36,225 nucleotides of DNA from a virus. Its lineage: Duplodnaviria > Caudoviricetes. The translations under genes and the position numbers were made by a program. The notes beneath the pieces were generated by a model. It was not told where the DNA came from, made no database searches, and saw only the letters and a list, made by a program, of their open reading frames with translations. The stretch is from positions 1-36,225 of IMG/VR virus record IMGVR_UViG_3300039208_000393, one strand, 5' to 3'. Of this stretch, positions 1 to 9,596 are shown piece after piece (the stretch's first letter is position 1; each line of letters begins with the position of its first letter).

Positions 1-89
1 GAGCGTTCAAAAAATGGTGGATTACTTATGGCGGATTCTAAAAAGGAATATTCAGCCGAGGCTCAAATCGGACTCGGTTTGTCAAACCG
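1..89. repeat. Terminal direct repeat (assembly circularity overlap), copy 1
   Basis: Bases 1-89 are identical to 36119-36207, implying a circular or circularly permuted unit of about 36,118 bp. Confidence 0.95.
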
Positions 90-282
90 GATCGTGTCGG
101 CAAAAATTCGAGTAATGGCGAGCATGTCTCCCGATTATCTCCTGATAGAAAGGGATTCGTTTAAATACCTTGCGACCTACCTCGAGGAGCTCGACGGATT
201 TGTCTCGGACAAGTTTCTCGGTATGACGTTCGTAATAGTCGAGGGGGCGAACTACGAATTCGGATTCGGGAGCAAACCTTGA
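28..282 (+). CDS. Hypothetical protein (84 aa), plus-strand operon
   Basis: ORF overlaps the end of 35677..36159 across the circular join, and its stop overlaps the next TTG start (TTGA). Confidence 0.7.
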   Translation: MADSKKEYSAEAQIGLGLSNRIVSAKIRVMASMSPDYLLIERDSFKYLATYLEELDGFVSDKFLGMTFVIVEGANYEFGFGSKP

Positions 283-530
283 CCTGTGAAAGTCACGCCC
301 GATACAATGTCAAGCTCGAGGGGAACCGCTGGATCCGATGCTGTAATAATCACGCGGCCGCCTATAGAGTCATAGCGAAACTTTTCGGCCTTGGTATCCG
401 GGTTTCGCCTATACCAAATAACGAGGTTTATTTTTGTCAAATACAAATAGCGAAAGAGGGAACTAATGACAGCCAAGAAAACGCAAATCGAAACGCCGAT
501 CGTCCCGGAAGGATGGAATCTCGGCGATAA
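279..530 (+). CDS. Hypothetical protein (83 aa)
   Basis: GGGAG upstream and TTGA overlap with the previous ORF; overlaps the next ORF by 65 nt. Confidence 0.5.
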   Translation: MTCESHARYNVKLEGNRWIRCCNNHAAAYRVIAKLFGLGIRVSPIPNNEVYFCQIQIAKEGTNDSQENANRNADRPGRMESRR

Positions 531-690
531 ATGGACCCTCGATATAGAGGATCAGGGATGGGAGTTCCTACGGGAAAGCCTTGACGATTCCGGGGAGGGC
601 CTGACTATGGAAATCACTGTCGAAATATTTCACAACGGCCGCAAGGTCGGGTTGCTAAAGCGGACAGTAAAACCGGATGAATCGGAATAA
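466..690 (+). CDS. Hypothetical protein (74 aa)
   Basis: GAGGG Shine-Dalgarno-like motif before ATG; last gene before the terminator hairpin. Confidence 0.7.
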   Translation: MTAKKTQIETPIVPEGWNLGDKWTLDIEDQGWEFLRESLDDSGEGLTMEITVEIFHNGRKVGLLKRTVKPDESE

Positions 691-695
691 AATAT

Positions 696-729
696 AAATG
701 CCCCTTACCTCGCGGCAGGGGGCATTTTT
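696..729. terminator. Intrinsic terminator between convergent operons, probably bidirectional
   Basis: Inverted repeat AAATGCCCC...GGGGCATTT with a T-run on the plus strand and an A-rich flank on the other side. Confidence 0.8.
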
Positions 730-758
730 GAGGAGTTTCCGGTATAGCGGACGGAAAT

Positions 759-1073
759 TCACTGTTGACCTTCCTCCAGTTCTGACAGGCGAGTCTCGAG
801 CTTTCGCCTGATCTCGAATTCTTCTTTCAGTGACCTTTGCAGATCCCGAACCTTTTTTGTGAGCTTGTCGATCGTATCATTTGCCGTATCGAGTCGCTTT
901 TTCATGTCCTTGACTGCACTCTCATAAAGGCGATTTAGCTCCTCGTATTTGTGAGTGATCGCCTCAAAGTCGTCTCGGGTTGCGGATCCCTTTTTTGCCG
1001 CGTATTGAAAATACCCCTGTACCACATTTCCCAATAATGCCAGAATCGCCAGTATAATTGCGGCTCCATCCAT
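759..1073 (-). CDS. Membrane protein with N-terminal TM helix and coiled coil (holin/spanin-like candidate)
   Basis: AIILAILALLGNVV then a heptad-rich charged helix; AGGAGG SD; last gene of the late operon. Confidence 0.6.
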   Translation of the reverse strand: MDGAAIILAILALLGNVVQGYFQYAAKKGSATRDDFEAITHKYEELNRLYESAVKDMKKRLDTANDTIDKLTKKVRDLQRSLKEEFEIRRKLETRLSELEEGQQ

Positions 1074-1090
1074 GATTTAAAGCCTCCTGA

Positions 1091-1474
1091 TTAATAGAGT
1101 AGTTGAACAAGAGCAACGGAAACCGGATCCGGCGCATAATATACTATTTGAGAGATCAATTTTTGATACATGACGTCGAGAGGATCCGGGGCCGTGTAGA
1201 GGATCAGGAGGACCTCGGCGACGGATCCGATCGCATTCCCTATAAGGTCTTGCAATCGATCTTTTTTGTCAGTGTTACCAGCCCATCGGATTTGATACTC
1301 CTCATAGAGCCAGCCGAGGCCGTTGACTCCGACCAATGAAACGAGGATCGCCAAGGGTTCGGACATGGTTCCCTCGAGGGCGATAAAAGCGACCTGAGTC
1401 AGGAACGCCGCGATCAGGATATGCCAAGGGAAACCCCAGTTTTGTTTAGTTAGCTGCCTTAAATACGATTTCAT
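1091..1474 (-). CDS. Small multi-pass membrane protein (VanZ-like motif)
   Basis: Three hydrophobic segments with H...E..Q...DLIGNAIG pattern; GGAGG SD. Confidence 0.6.
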   Translation of the reverse strand: MKSYLRQLTKQNWGFPWHILIAAFLTQVAFIALEGTMSEPLAILVSLVGVNGLGWLYEEYQIRWAGNTDKKDRLQDLIGNAIGSVAEVLLILYTAPDPLDVMYQKLISQIVYYAPDPVSVALVQLLY

Positions 1475-1485
1475 AATTTCCTCCG

Positions 1486-4400
1486 TTAGATTGTTCCGTT
1501 TAAAACATCAAAATTGAATTTTGCGATTGTCGCCTCGGGATCCGAGGGAAATCGTGACGGGTCGATCGAATAGAATCTGACTTGATTGAATATAGAGGTC
1601 TCATCAGGATTTCCCAACTGTGCGCCCGAATTTCTATTAAAAAGAAAGAATCGACGGAGAAAACTAGTCCCTCCCATGACCTCGCCGAGAGAGGTGTTCG
1701 GGGTTTTGCTTCCCAGGACGACGCCGTTCGCTCCGACCGCGAGGATCGTGTCCGGGTTATAGTAAAAGAATACCTGACCCGTAAAAGGCCTCACGATCGA
1801 TGTCGTTGCTAAAAGCGTATCCTCATTCGTCCCGTCGTCAAGGAAGATATTGAGAAATCCGCTGTTCGTCAGGCTGAACTCCCATTTCTCGCCGTCGGGA
1901 GCGTTATCATACGGAGCTCCGGCAAGCATCGCCCCTTGAGATCCTCCGGCGTCGTCGAGATCATTAACCCAAATGCTAAAGTAAAAAGCATTGAGTCCCG
2001 GGGACATATAGGCGTGAAGCGGATCCGTGTTGTCGTTGTCATAACGTAACGTCGAATTGCCGCCGCCTCCGCCGCCCCAATGGATACCGGAAGCCGGTCC
2101 GCCCCCGTCTCCTCCATCCGTCATCGTATAGGCGACCCCCGTCCTAAACTCAGTCGAATTGATACTGTCGCTCGCTGGACCTATTTTCGCGGCCGCTGGA
2201 TAGTCGGCGAACAGCCCGCTTATATTGTTGCCTGTCTGACCCTCATTTGCCATACGGCCGAAATCATATAACAGGAATGTATCTCCGGCCGCCTCATCAG
2301 GGAGGTATTCTCCATGTGGTCCGAGGAGGCGCCTGACCTCTACGCCCGTGAACGTAACCTCCCGTTGATCATATCGTTTTGATAATACTTTGAACATGGC
2401 CGACGAATACGGGATACCAAAACACTTATATGCGGGCCAACGTGTCGAGAGCCGGATGATATCCCCGAGCTCGACGAGGTGGGCCTCGGGATGAATGACA
2501 GGTAACTCGACATGTATTTTCGGCTCTCCGAAATGCCCAGTCGTCCCCGCTGCCGAGTCCCCCGAAAAGTGATTTGCAATTATCTCGGCGTCGTCATAGT
2601 GCATCGTATTGAGACAAATCATCTCTTTCGGCTTAATCGATAAAGAGCTCCCGGAGTCTTTGACGATCGTCTCATGATATCCGCCTGTGACAAAGTTCGG
2701 CATGAACTGTAGGGTCAAATCTTTCGCGAGCTCGTCGTTCGCAGTCCTGTAGAAACGAACACTTCTCGAGATGGGGCCGGGAACGTCCTCAGGTTCGATC
2801 GTTAGATCGATGTCTGATTCGGCATAGCTCGATTTGAGGACGGTCATTTTATATTTAGCGTCCTGAGACTCGAAAAAGAATCCGAGGGAGTATCGAGCAA
2901 TAGCCGCGAGGACATCCTCGGCCCGTTCCTGAGTCGCTAAATACATGTGCATATTTTGAATCTGACCGTCGGTATGTGCATTGCCGAGAGACGTCGTATC
3001 GACATCAGCGGCCGCGACCGTCGAAATCTGGTTCGTCAGGATGTCCTCGATAATTTCGCCCCCGGACTCATAAAGGCCGGTTGTCACCGATCGGGCGCCG
3101 CCCAGGTTCGCGAAAAATATATTCGCCGAGAGTGCATCCCGGAGGGTCTTAAACGTCTTGACGCGGTTCGTATCCTTGAACAATAGCTCGAGTTTGTTGT
3201 CGCGGTTCCTGCGGCCGACAAATTGGCCTTGCCGGAGCTCCCGGACCTTGTCGATTTGCTCGGTTGCTGCCTGATCAAACGGGTCAAATGATCTATACCG
3301 GCGAGTGAGTCCGACATATACCCCCTTGAATTCGCAAGAGGGGCCGGAGGTCCCGCCGTTTTCGACTTTGATAACGAGGCGGGAGAAATCGCCGTCAGGA
3401 ACGTCAAGGACTGTGGGATCCTGAGCCTCGTATTGATCACCCGTATCTTGACCGGCGGGCGCCGTGGCATGGAATGCGGTCTCTGTGAATCCAAGGTCGG
3501 CCGCTTTTGTCGTTCCGTCGCCAAAAACCCGGATATGATCGCCCCCGGATCCGGCCGACTCGATCCTCATCTTGTTTTTATCCTTGTCGTATACGCAAAT
3601 CCATTCTTTTTGGAAGTCGGTCCCCGTGCTGGCGTCCTCTTTAAGCTCGAGGAGCTTTTGAGTCAGCATCTCAGCGAGCTCGGCCATTGTGCTATAAAAA
3701 CCCGCATCGGGAATAATGTCGTACGCCGGGTGATCGTTCGTTCCGCTTACGTCCGTTTGTTGAACCTTAAACGCGGGCGTCGCCCCGCTCCACAATTCGC
3801 CGTGAGTCGTCTTTAGATGCGAGGCCGAGGTCCAAGTCTGATTGAAAAAGTCCCCATCGACAAGGGCGTTCACTTCCGATGCGGTCAGGACCTCCTCCCA
3901 ATTGGAATTTTCGATCGATACTGTAAAGGTCTGCCCAGTTACAAAAGTATTGTCGGTATATAGGCCGAGTCTCAAGTGAACACTATGGAGGCCGACGGAC
4001 TGATTAACGGCCCCGGGCCCAACATAATGAGACAGGTCCTCGGCGTCTAATTGCCCGATCGCATCGTCGAGCCTGAGGGTCAGGGAATCGCCATGTTCGA
4101 GCGTCGCGTCGTCGTTGTAACTCCAGGACAACGCTTTTTCGGCCTCTTCGACCGTTACCGCCCCGCCGACCTCGACGCGGGTCGGATAGAGCTCGTATTC
4201 GGCCTCAAGGAAAAAATTGTCCGTTGAGGATCCAATATCGAGAACGATTTTCGCGTCCGCGACCGTCTCCGTCGTCGTGTCCTGAATCTCCCCGAATGAT
4301 CTGAGAATCTTGTCATATATCCAGAGTCGGCCGATCGTCTGGACCGCGTGATCAGCGAGCCGAAACTCCATAGTCGGAGAGGCGAGGTCTTTTTTGTCGT

Positions 4401-5025
4401 CGACCAAGGGGGCAGGGATCAACGATCGGTGATTGTTATAACGAGTTGAGTCTGAGATGTTGAGGGTCCATTCGCCATATACGAGCGGAATCGGAGCTCC
4501 CTCGAGGTCCTCAGGGATCCCGGGGAAATTTGTCCGGGTGAATTTGTTCTCGGGTATGGATGGGAGTTCAACGGCCCCCCGGGGGATGAGAGTGAATTCA
4601 ATCGTCGTGTTCGTCTGGACAAAGTCGGTCATACGGCCTTTGAGAAACGGAGGCCATTTCGTCGAGTCGGTCTCGTCTCCCCATCCGAGATGGATCGTAC
4701 ATACTTCAGTTTCGAACTCAACATCGGCGAACTTGTCAGAAAATCGCGTCGAGCTGCCGAACCCGTTCGGCTCGAGAGTGTTCGACATTATGACCCGGAC
4801 CGGCCGGACTGAATAAGATCCGGTAAAGAGGGAGGCCTCGAATAGGGGAGTCCCGATCACGATATCAACTGGCAAATAATTATAGGTCGAGGACTGGACC
4901 GCCCCTCCCCGATCGGTAAAATAGTGAGAATTGCCCCCTGAATCGATCATCTCGATCGCGAGCCATAGTCTCGAGGATCCTGCGTGTTTTTTCACATAGG
5001 CGCTAAAGTCTGAATAGCTTAACAT
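1486..5025 (-). CDS. Large tail tip/baseplate hub protein with C-terminal lectin-like (LamG/ConA-like) domain
   Basis: 1179 aa after the distal tail gene; PIPLVYG and HLVELGDII motifs typical of hub proteins; beta-rich C-terminus (FSIWVN...FNQVRFYS). Confidence 0.75.
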   Translation of the reverse strand: MLSYSDFSAYVKKHAGSSRLWLAIEMIDSGGNSHYFTDRGGAVQSSTYNYLPVDIVIGTPLFEASLFTGSYSVRPVRVIMSNTLEPNGFGSSTRFSDKFADVEFETEVCTIHLGWGDETDSTKWPPFLKGRMTDFVQTNTTIEFTLIPRGAVELPSIPENKFTRTNFPGIPEDLEGAPIPLVYGEWTLNISDSTRYNNHRSLIPAPLVDDKKDLASPTMEFRLADHAVQTIGRLWIYDKILRSFGEIQDTTTETVADAKIVLDIGSSTDNFFLEAEYELYPTRVEVGGAVTVEEAEKALSWSYNDDATLEHGDSLTLRLDDAIGQLDAEDLSHYVGPGAVNQSVGLHSVHLRLGLYTDNTFVTGQTFTVSIENSNWEEVLTASEVNALVDGDFFNQTWTSASHLKTTHGELWSGATPAFKVQQTDVSGTNDHPAYDIIPDAGFYSTMAELAEMLTQKLLELKEDASTGTDFQKEWICVYDKDKNKMRIESAGSGGDHIRVFGDGTTKAADLGFTETAFHATAPAGQDTGDQYEAQDPTVLDVPDGDFSRLVIKVENGGTSGPSCEFKGVYVGLTRRYRSFDPFDQAATEQIDKVRELRQGQFVGRRNRDNKLELLFKDTNRVKTFKTLRDALSANIFFANLGGARSVTTGLYESGGEIIEDILTNQISTVAAADVDTTSLGNAHTDGQIQNMHMYLATQERAEDVLAAIARYSLGFFFESQDAKYKMTVLKSSYAESDIDLTIEPEDVPGPISRSVRFYRTANDELAKDLTLQFMPNFVTGGYHETIVKDSGSSLSIKPKEMICLNTMHYDDAEIIANHFSGDSAAGTTGHFGEPKIHVELPVIHPEAHLVELGDIIRLSTRWPAYKCFGIPYSSAMFKVLSKRYDQREVTFTGVEVRRLLGPHGEYLPDEAAGDTFLLYDFGRMANEGQTGNNISGLFADYPAAAKIGPASDSINSTEFRTGVAYTMTDGGDGGGPASGIHWGGGGGGNSTLRYDNDNTDPLHAYMSPGLNAFYFSIWVNDLDDAGGSQGAMLAGAPYDNAPDGEKWEFSLTNSGFLNIFLDDGTNEDTLLATTSIVRPFTGQVFFYYNPDTILAVGANGVVLGSKTPNTSLGEVMGGTSFLRRFFLFNRNSGAQLGNPDETSIFNQVRFYSIDPSRFPSDPEATIAKFNFDVLNGTI

Positions 5026-5786
5026 GAAAGCTCCTCGAGGTTCAGGTCGACAATGTAAAAGCTCGGGGCCGGTTGTTCGGGACGGAGACCGCCTTTATCG
5101 AGATTCTTGACGAAAAACGGGACAGTAGTCGAGAAACCCTCGTCGAGAAAATAGAACGGCTTTGCATGATGGGCGATTTTGGTGAACTCGGTTTCGAGAG
5201 CTTGCATCTCAGCATCACTTTTGAGTCGATACTGAATGCCCCATCGACGGAGGCCTGAGGCGATGATATCGGAATTCGGGTATCCGTTGCGGTCCTCACT
5301 CTGTTCAACCCGGGAGAAATGTCCCCTCCGATTGTTGTAGTCGTAATTATAGGGGAACTCGTATCTCTGCCCGATAAATATCGTCCCGATTTTCAGGGGA
5401 TCGTCGTTTATGTTGATATCGATTTTGAATTTCGTTGCCGTCCTTTCGAAAACATGGCTCCGAAAATTGCTATTGACTAGATCACCGATCGATATCCCGG
5501 AGGTTCCGACGCTATAAGAGGATCCGTTCCAATAATGAAAGTCGATACTGACCGCGTCCGTGATGGTTATCCCCCCCAAAAGGAAATAGTCGACCGTAGT
5601 CGAAACGCCGAAATCGACCTCTATCTCGCAAGTTCCAATAGTGGAGTAAGTGACATCGACGCCGATAATACCCGGGTTTCGCCTTGCCAATAGAGCGGCG
5701 TCGTGATTTGTTGATGAGGTTGTTCCGACATCGGTAATCGTGACGGCCTGATCCTCGACTCCATCCATATACATAAACTGACTCAT
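5019..5786 (-). CDS. Putative distal tail protein
   Basis: Lies right after the tape measure gene; N-terminal beta-sandwich and C-terminal RRWGIQY...PFYF...LNLEE pattern. Confidence 0.65.
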   Translation of the reverse strand: MSQFMYMDGVEDQAVTITDVGTTSSTNHDAALLARRNPGIIGVDVTYSTIGTCEIEVDFGVSTTVDYFLLGGITITDAVSIDFHYWNGSSYSVGTSGISIGDLVNSNFRSHVFERTATKFKIDININDDPLKIGTIFIGQRYEFPYNYDYNNRRGHFSRVEQSEDRNGYPNSDIIASGLRRWGIQYRLKSDAEMQALETEFTKIAHHAKPFYFLDEGFSTTVPFFVKNLDKGGLRPEQPAPSFYIVDLNLEELSC

Positions 5787-7414
5787 ATTCTATACCCCAG
5801 TTCTTGCGCTAAGACTTCGATTCCACCTCGACGGGCCCAGTCCGCGACGTTCTTGTCGTCGATCGCCTGAATAACAACCGTACCCCCTCCTGAACCGCTC
5901 GGGGCCCGGAGATTCGACTGTCCAAAATTGAGAGACCCCGTTCCCTGATCAAGGACCGGGCCCAGGACGGCGTTCAGGAAATTTCCCGAACCAAAGGCGA
6001 TATTATTGAGTCCCGGGATAAAGTTCAGGATGGAGAAAATTGCGGCCCTTGCGAGCAATTCGGAGGCCATACGCTCGAGCATCGCGACGAAAGCGTCCCC
6101 GAATGATTCGAACAGGTTCTCGCCGTCTCTCCATTGAGCGATAAACGAGTCCTGTATGACGCTGGAGACAGCCTCGACGCGGTCTCTGAACAGATCCCAA
6201 GGGTTCGGGTCGGGTGCAACGTCCTCGATCGCGTCAGCCCTGTCGACGGTCTGTTGTAGGGTCTTGTTGAGTTGAGCGAGGACCGGGTCCACGATCTGAG
6301 CATTCACTCCGATGAACCGCAACTCGGCGGCGAAATTATGAGCGTTCATTTCGGCCGTTTTAATGACCGGGTTGACCCTCGTCATCAGTCTATCGGCGAT
6401 ACCGTCAAGGTGTCTTTGATACGCCCTCTCTCGAGCGGCTTTTTTCTCGGCCTCTTTCGCCTCTTCGACCTTGCGTTTATATTCGGCGAGCCCAGCGACT
6501 ACGTCCTTTTTGAACTGAATGTCGGACGCAGTTTCCTCGACCTCTTTATTCAGTTGCTTGATACCGTTTACGATCGCCCCGAGATGAGACTGAGGGAATT
6601 TCGCGGCCCAGTTGAAAAAGCCTTGCAGAAATGACCCGTCGCTCTCCGGCATTTTCGCCTCAATTATCAAGGCCATATTGTTAGTAAACTGCGTGAACGC
6701 CCCGAGGTCCTCCTTTACGGCCGGGAGTAGCTTCTCGCCTATTGCGGCCGCCAAATTGGTGATTGAGTCTCCGGCGTTACTGACGGCGCCCGTAAAGGTT
6801 TTAGAGAGGCGGTCCGTCGCTCCGGCGATACCGGATGTCGGATCCTGAAAGGTCTTGAACATGGCCTCCCGGAACTCGTCGATCGAGGCTTTTGTGATGT
6901 CGATATTTTGCTTTGTGGCGATGAGAGTGAGGATCCCCCGCTCGCGGAAGATGTCAGCGGCCCCGGCGCCTCCTGAGAATGCCCGGCCCATTGCGGACGC
7001 GGCCTCGGGGATTGTGGTTCCCATGAACGCCGCCAGGTCAGCGGCAATTTTGATGTTTGACTCGGCATTGACGCCAAACGCTTTTAGTTGCGCCCCGGCC
7101 TCAACGACATCGCGAACGGCAAAGGGGGTAGTTGTGGCGACTTGTTTGAACCGATTGAATGCCCGGCTCCCGTCCTCAACTGAATTGAAAAGGCCTTGTA
7201 AGCGAACCTCGAGGGCCTCGAAATCTCCGGCCACTTGGACGGCGTCGACGGTTGCAAAGGCGGCCCCGATACCAACAGCGGCGGCTCCGGCCGCTTTCAG
7301 TTTCGAAGTCAATGCCCCGAACCCTTTTTCTATTTTAGAGGTTTTCCGCTGTATGTTGTCGGCGTTCTTTTCCTTGAACACGACTTCATAATCTCTACTT
7401 TCGGCGCCCATCAT
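5783..7414 (-). CDS. Tail tape measure protein
   Basis: Ala-rich helical 543 aa with the tape-measure N-terminal motif (ATTTPFAVRDVVEAGAQLKAFG; LSKTFTGAVSNAGDS), downstream of the tail chaperone. Confidence 0.9.
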   Translation of the reverse strand: MMGAESRDYEVVFKEKNADNIQRKTSKIEKGFGALTSKLKAAGAAAVGIGAAFATVDAVQVAGDFEALEVRLQGLFNSVEDGSRAFNRFKQVATTTPFAVRDVVEAGAQLKAFGVNAESNIKIAADLAAFMGTTIPEAASAMGRAFSGGAGAADIFRERGILTLIATKQNIDITKASIDEFREAMFKTFQDPTSGIAGATDRLSKTFTGAVSNAGDSITNLAAAIGEKLLPAVKEDLGAFTQFTNNMALIIEAKMPESDGSFLQGFFNWAAKFPQSHLGAIVNGIKQLNKEVEETASDIQFKKDVVAGLAEYKRKVEEAKEAEKKAARERAYQRHLDGIADRLMTRVNPVIKTAEMNAHNFAAELRFIGVNAQIVDPVLAQLNKTLQQTVDRADAIEDVAPDPNPWDLFRDRVEAVSSVIQDSFIAQWRDGENLFESFGDAFVAMLERMASELLARAAIFSILNFIPGLNNIAFGSGNFLNAVLGPVLDQGTGSLNFGQSNLRAPSGSGGGTVVIQAIDDKNVADWARRGGIEVLAQELGYRI

Positions 7415-7872
7415 TTATCCTTGTTTTTAGCGTCAATCCGGGCCTTTTCAGTCACGGCTCGACTGATTTCTGAGGCAACAATATACAGGAGTGAAACGTC
7501 GTGACTATTCAGGGGGCCGAAAGTCTGTTCAATGCTGATCGACCCCTCCTGAGCCATTTTATACGACATGAAAAGCTCGGAAAAATAGTCGAATTCGTCA
7601 TGTCGTATTATCCAGTTCCAACAGCCCACGTCGCAAAAATCGTAATACATCTCGATTCCTGTCAGGGACTTTGCATTCCCGATAAACCAGATCCAGAAAT
7701 CATCGATCGATCGGAATTCCCGGACCCCCTCGTCGTCTCGAAAAGGGGAGTTTCGCCTGTGAACTCCTCCGACCTCCCATTGAACGCAACCGCATCGATC
7801 CGCGTCATGTTCGTCGGCTTTAAGATTGCCGAATACTGAACCCCATACGAATAGGGTCAGGATCTTTTTTTT
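7411..7872 (-). CDS. Tail assembly chaperone, -1 frameshift extension (gpGT-like)
   Basis: The -1 frame is open from the A9 run (7865-7873) into the 7411..7650 ORF; checked codon by codon (KILTLFVWGSVF...TGIEMYYDF). Confidence 0.85.
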   Translation of the reverse strand, partial: KKKILTLFVWGSVFGNLKADEHDADRCGCVQWEVGGVHRRNSPFRDDEGVREFRSIDDFWIWFIGNAKSLTGIEMYYDFCDVGCWNWIIRHDEFDYFSELFMSYKMAQEGSISIEQTFGPLNSHDVSLLYIVASEISRAVTEKARIDAKNKDK

Positions 7873-8273
7873 TGCAACTTAGCCGACTGAAAAACCTCCA
7901 TGAACACAGAGCTCGACATAAGCAAAATATCGCTGTCGTCGAACTCCGCCTCGATCTCGTCCTGATTCATCTTTTCGCATTCGACGACCCCGAATTGAAT
8001 CGCTTTGATCTGGAAATCCCATGGAAATTTATCATAGATCCAAAGCAACTGATCGAACGGGAGAACGACCTTACCGCTCTGAGGATCCACTTTCCCGTGT
8101 TCTCCGATCGCCTTTTCAGTCATGAGCTCGATTTTGACTGGAGACATGTCCCCGGCTCTCAGAATCTCCCTCAGGGTCTTTTTCTGTAAGGGGGATACCC
8201 CCTCCCGGATCGTCCATCTCGGGGCGTCCGGCTTCTCGGCTTTCTTTTTCTTCTCGGCTGGTTTTTTTGCCAT
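7857..8273 (-). CDS. Tail assembly chaperone (gpG-like)
   Basis: Between tail tube and tape measure; ends CAA AAA AAA AGA TCC TGA, containing a slippery site. Confidence 0.85.
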   Translation of the reverse strand: MAKKPAEKKKKAEKPDAPRWTIREGVSPLQKKTLREILRAGDMSPVKIELMTEKAIGEHGKVDPQSGKVVLPFDQLLWIYDKFPWDFQIKAIQFGVVECEKMNQDEIEAEFDDSDILLMSSSVFMEVFQSAKLQKKRS

Positions 8274-8348
8274 GTTCTGACCTTTCTATACTATTTTGCG
8301 GCGTTCTGCCGGCAGATCGGGATCCGCTCAGCGAAAAATAGTATCAGT

Positions 8349-9371
8349 TTAGAATAAGTGATCAACGCCGTCGGATACCCGGACTTGAACATTCTGACTA
8401 TTGGCAGAATCGAGGACGGGTTCGAGAGCCACGGTCACGGATGGAGATTCTCCCTCGCCTCCGTTTGACTTCTCGACACTGTTGACTAACGTATGATCGG
8501 ATGTAATATCAAAGAACGGCGCCGCCGTGCTGGTTCCGATCGTAAAGGCGGTCCCGTTGACGTCGTTGTCCTTTTCCCTCATCAGTCCGTCGGACCGGGA
8601 ATCGTACTTAACCGTTGCATTGATCATAATTTTCCGGCCTTGGATTTTGGCGCCCGTGAAATTGCCGGAGTCAGGCGCAACAAACGAGATATCGTTCTCG
8701 ATAACGATCTCGATTGAGCGAATATATAGATCGAGCGTATTGACGACCAACGTCCTCGGGGAATCGTGGTATGAGGGGGCAGTCGTTGTATTGAAAACTC
8801 GAGTCCCGGACGGAGTTGACGTCGCGACCTTGAATCCCGAGACAACGTTCATCGACATCACAGGGCGGCCGCCGTTATCATTCCCGGCCCATTTAAGAGT
8901 GAGGCTTTCAATCAGACACGACGGTAATTTCCATGAATCGGCCGTGATTTGACCCTCTCCGAATAGGGTGAAGAAATACCCCTCGTTCGCTCCAAAGTCT
9001 GTATCGTCAGTGCCGTCGATCGTATGGGTCGACAGGAACGGCGTCGTCCCGTCCTCAGTCGTTATAAAGCCGAGGGCAGCGTATAGAAACTCTTTCATGT
9101 CATAGCCGGAGGGGGTAAACTCCGGGACTGAATATCGTTGCAACTGACCGTTTGCCGTCGCAAAGTGGTCGCCGACATCCTTCATCGTAAGGCCGCGATT
9201 TTGATGTTGATCATCGCGGAATTTATTCGGCTCAAAATTGGGGATGTCGTTCCCCCTTAGCCGGAGTTTTGTCAGGGTCGCAGAATCGGCCGTCACGGTT
9301 CCGAACGTCGTTTCCTTGGCATAATGGAGAGACGCCCCAAATCTCGATAATACCTGTTGATCTAATGCCAT
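8349..9371 (-). CDS. Major tail tube protein
   Basis: 340 aa, beta-rich, N-terminal YAKETTFGT motif, IEIVIEND; canonical position; no sheath gene seen. Confidence 0.85.
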   Translation of the reverse strand: MALDQQVLSRFGASLHYAKETTFGTVTADSATLTKLRLRGNDIPNFEPNKFRDDQHQNRGLTMKDVGDHFATANGQLQRYSVPEFTPSGYDMKEFLYAALGFITTEDGTTPFLSTHTIDGTDDTDFGANEGYFFTLFGEGQITADSWKLPSCLIESLTLKWAGNDNGGRPVMSMNVVSGFKVATSTPSGTRVFNTTTAPSYHDSPRTLVVNTLDLYIRSIEIVIENDISFVAPDSGNFTGAKIQGRKIMINATVKYDSRSDGLMREKDNDVNGTAFTIGTSTAAPFFDITSDHTLVNSVEKSNGGEGESPSVTVALEPVLDSANSQNVQVRVSDGVDHLF

Positions 9372-9374
9372 TGT

Positions 9375-9596
9375 TTAGGCCTCCGTTAAATGCTTTCTGT
9401 TTCGCTCGAGAACGGACCGTTTGAGCTTTACGGATTCCCCCTCCCTGAGCTTTTTAAATTGTTCGATTGTGAGGTCGTCCCCGAAAGTCTCGAACCTCCT
9501 CAGAACGAATCGATCGGTCGCTTTGACCGAAATTACTTTGTCCTGGCTGGCGGCTTTTTGTTCCGGGAGGTTCCCTTTCTTTTTATTGGCAGACAT
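9375..9596 (-). CDS. Hypothetical protein (73 aa)
   Basis: Tightly packed ORF in the neck/tail cluster. Confidence 0.65.
   Translation of the reverse strand: MSANKKKGNLPEQKAASQDKVISVKATDRFVLRRFETFGDDLTIEQFKKLREGESVKLKRSVLERNRKHLTEA

Noticed and set aside
1-89. Terminal repeat as a biological DTR or att site
   Set aside because: It falls inside coding sequence and abuts a primer remnant, so assembly overlap of a circular or permuted genome explains it better.
1486-2300. Lectin-like C-terminus as a DGR target
   Set aside because: No reverse transcriptase and no template-repeat copy differing at adenines was seen.
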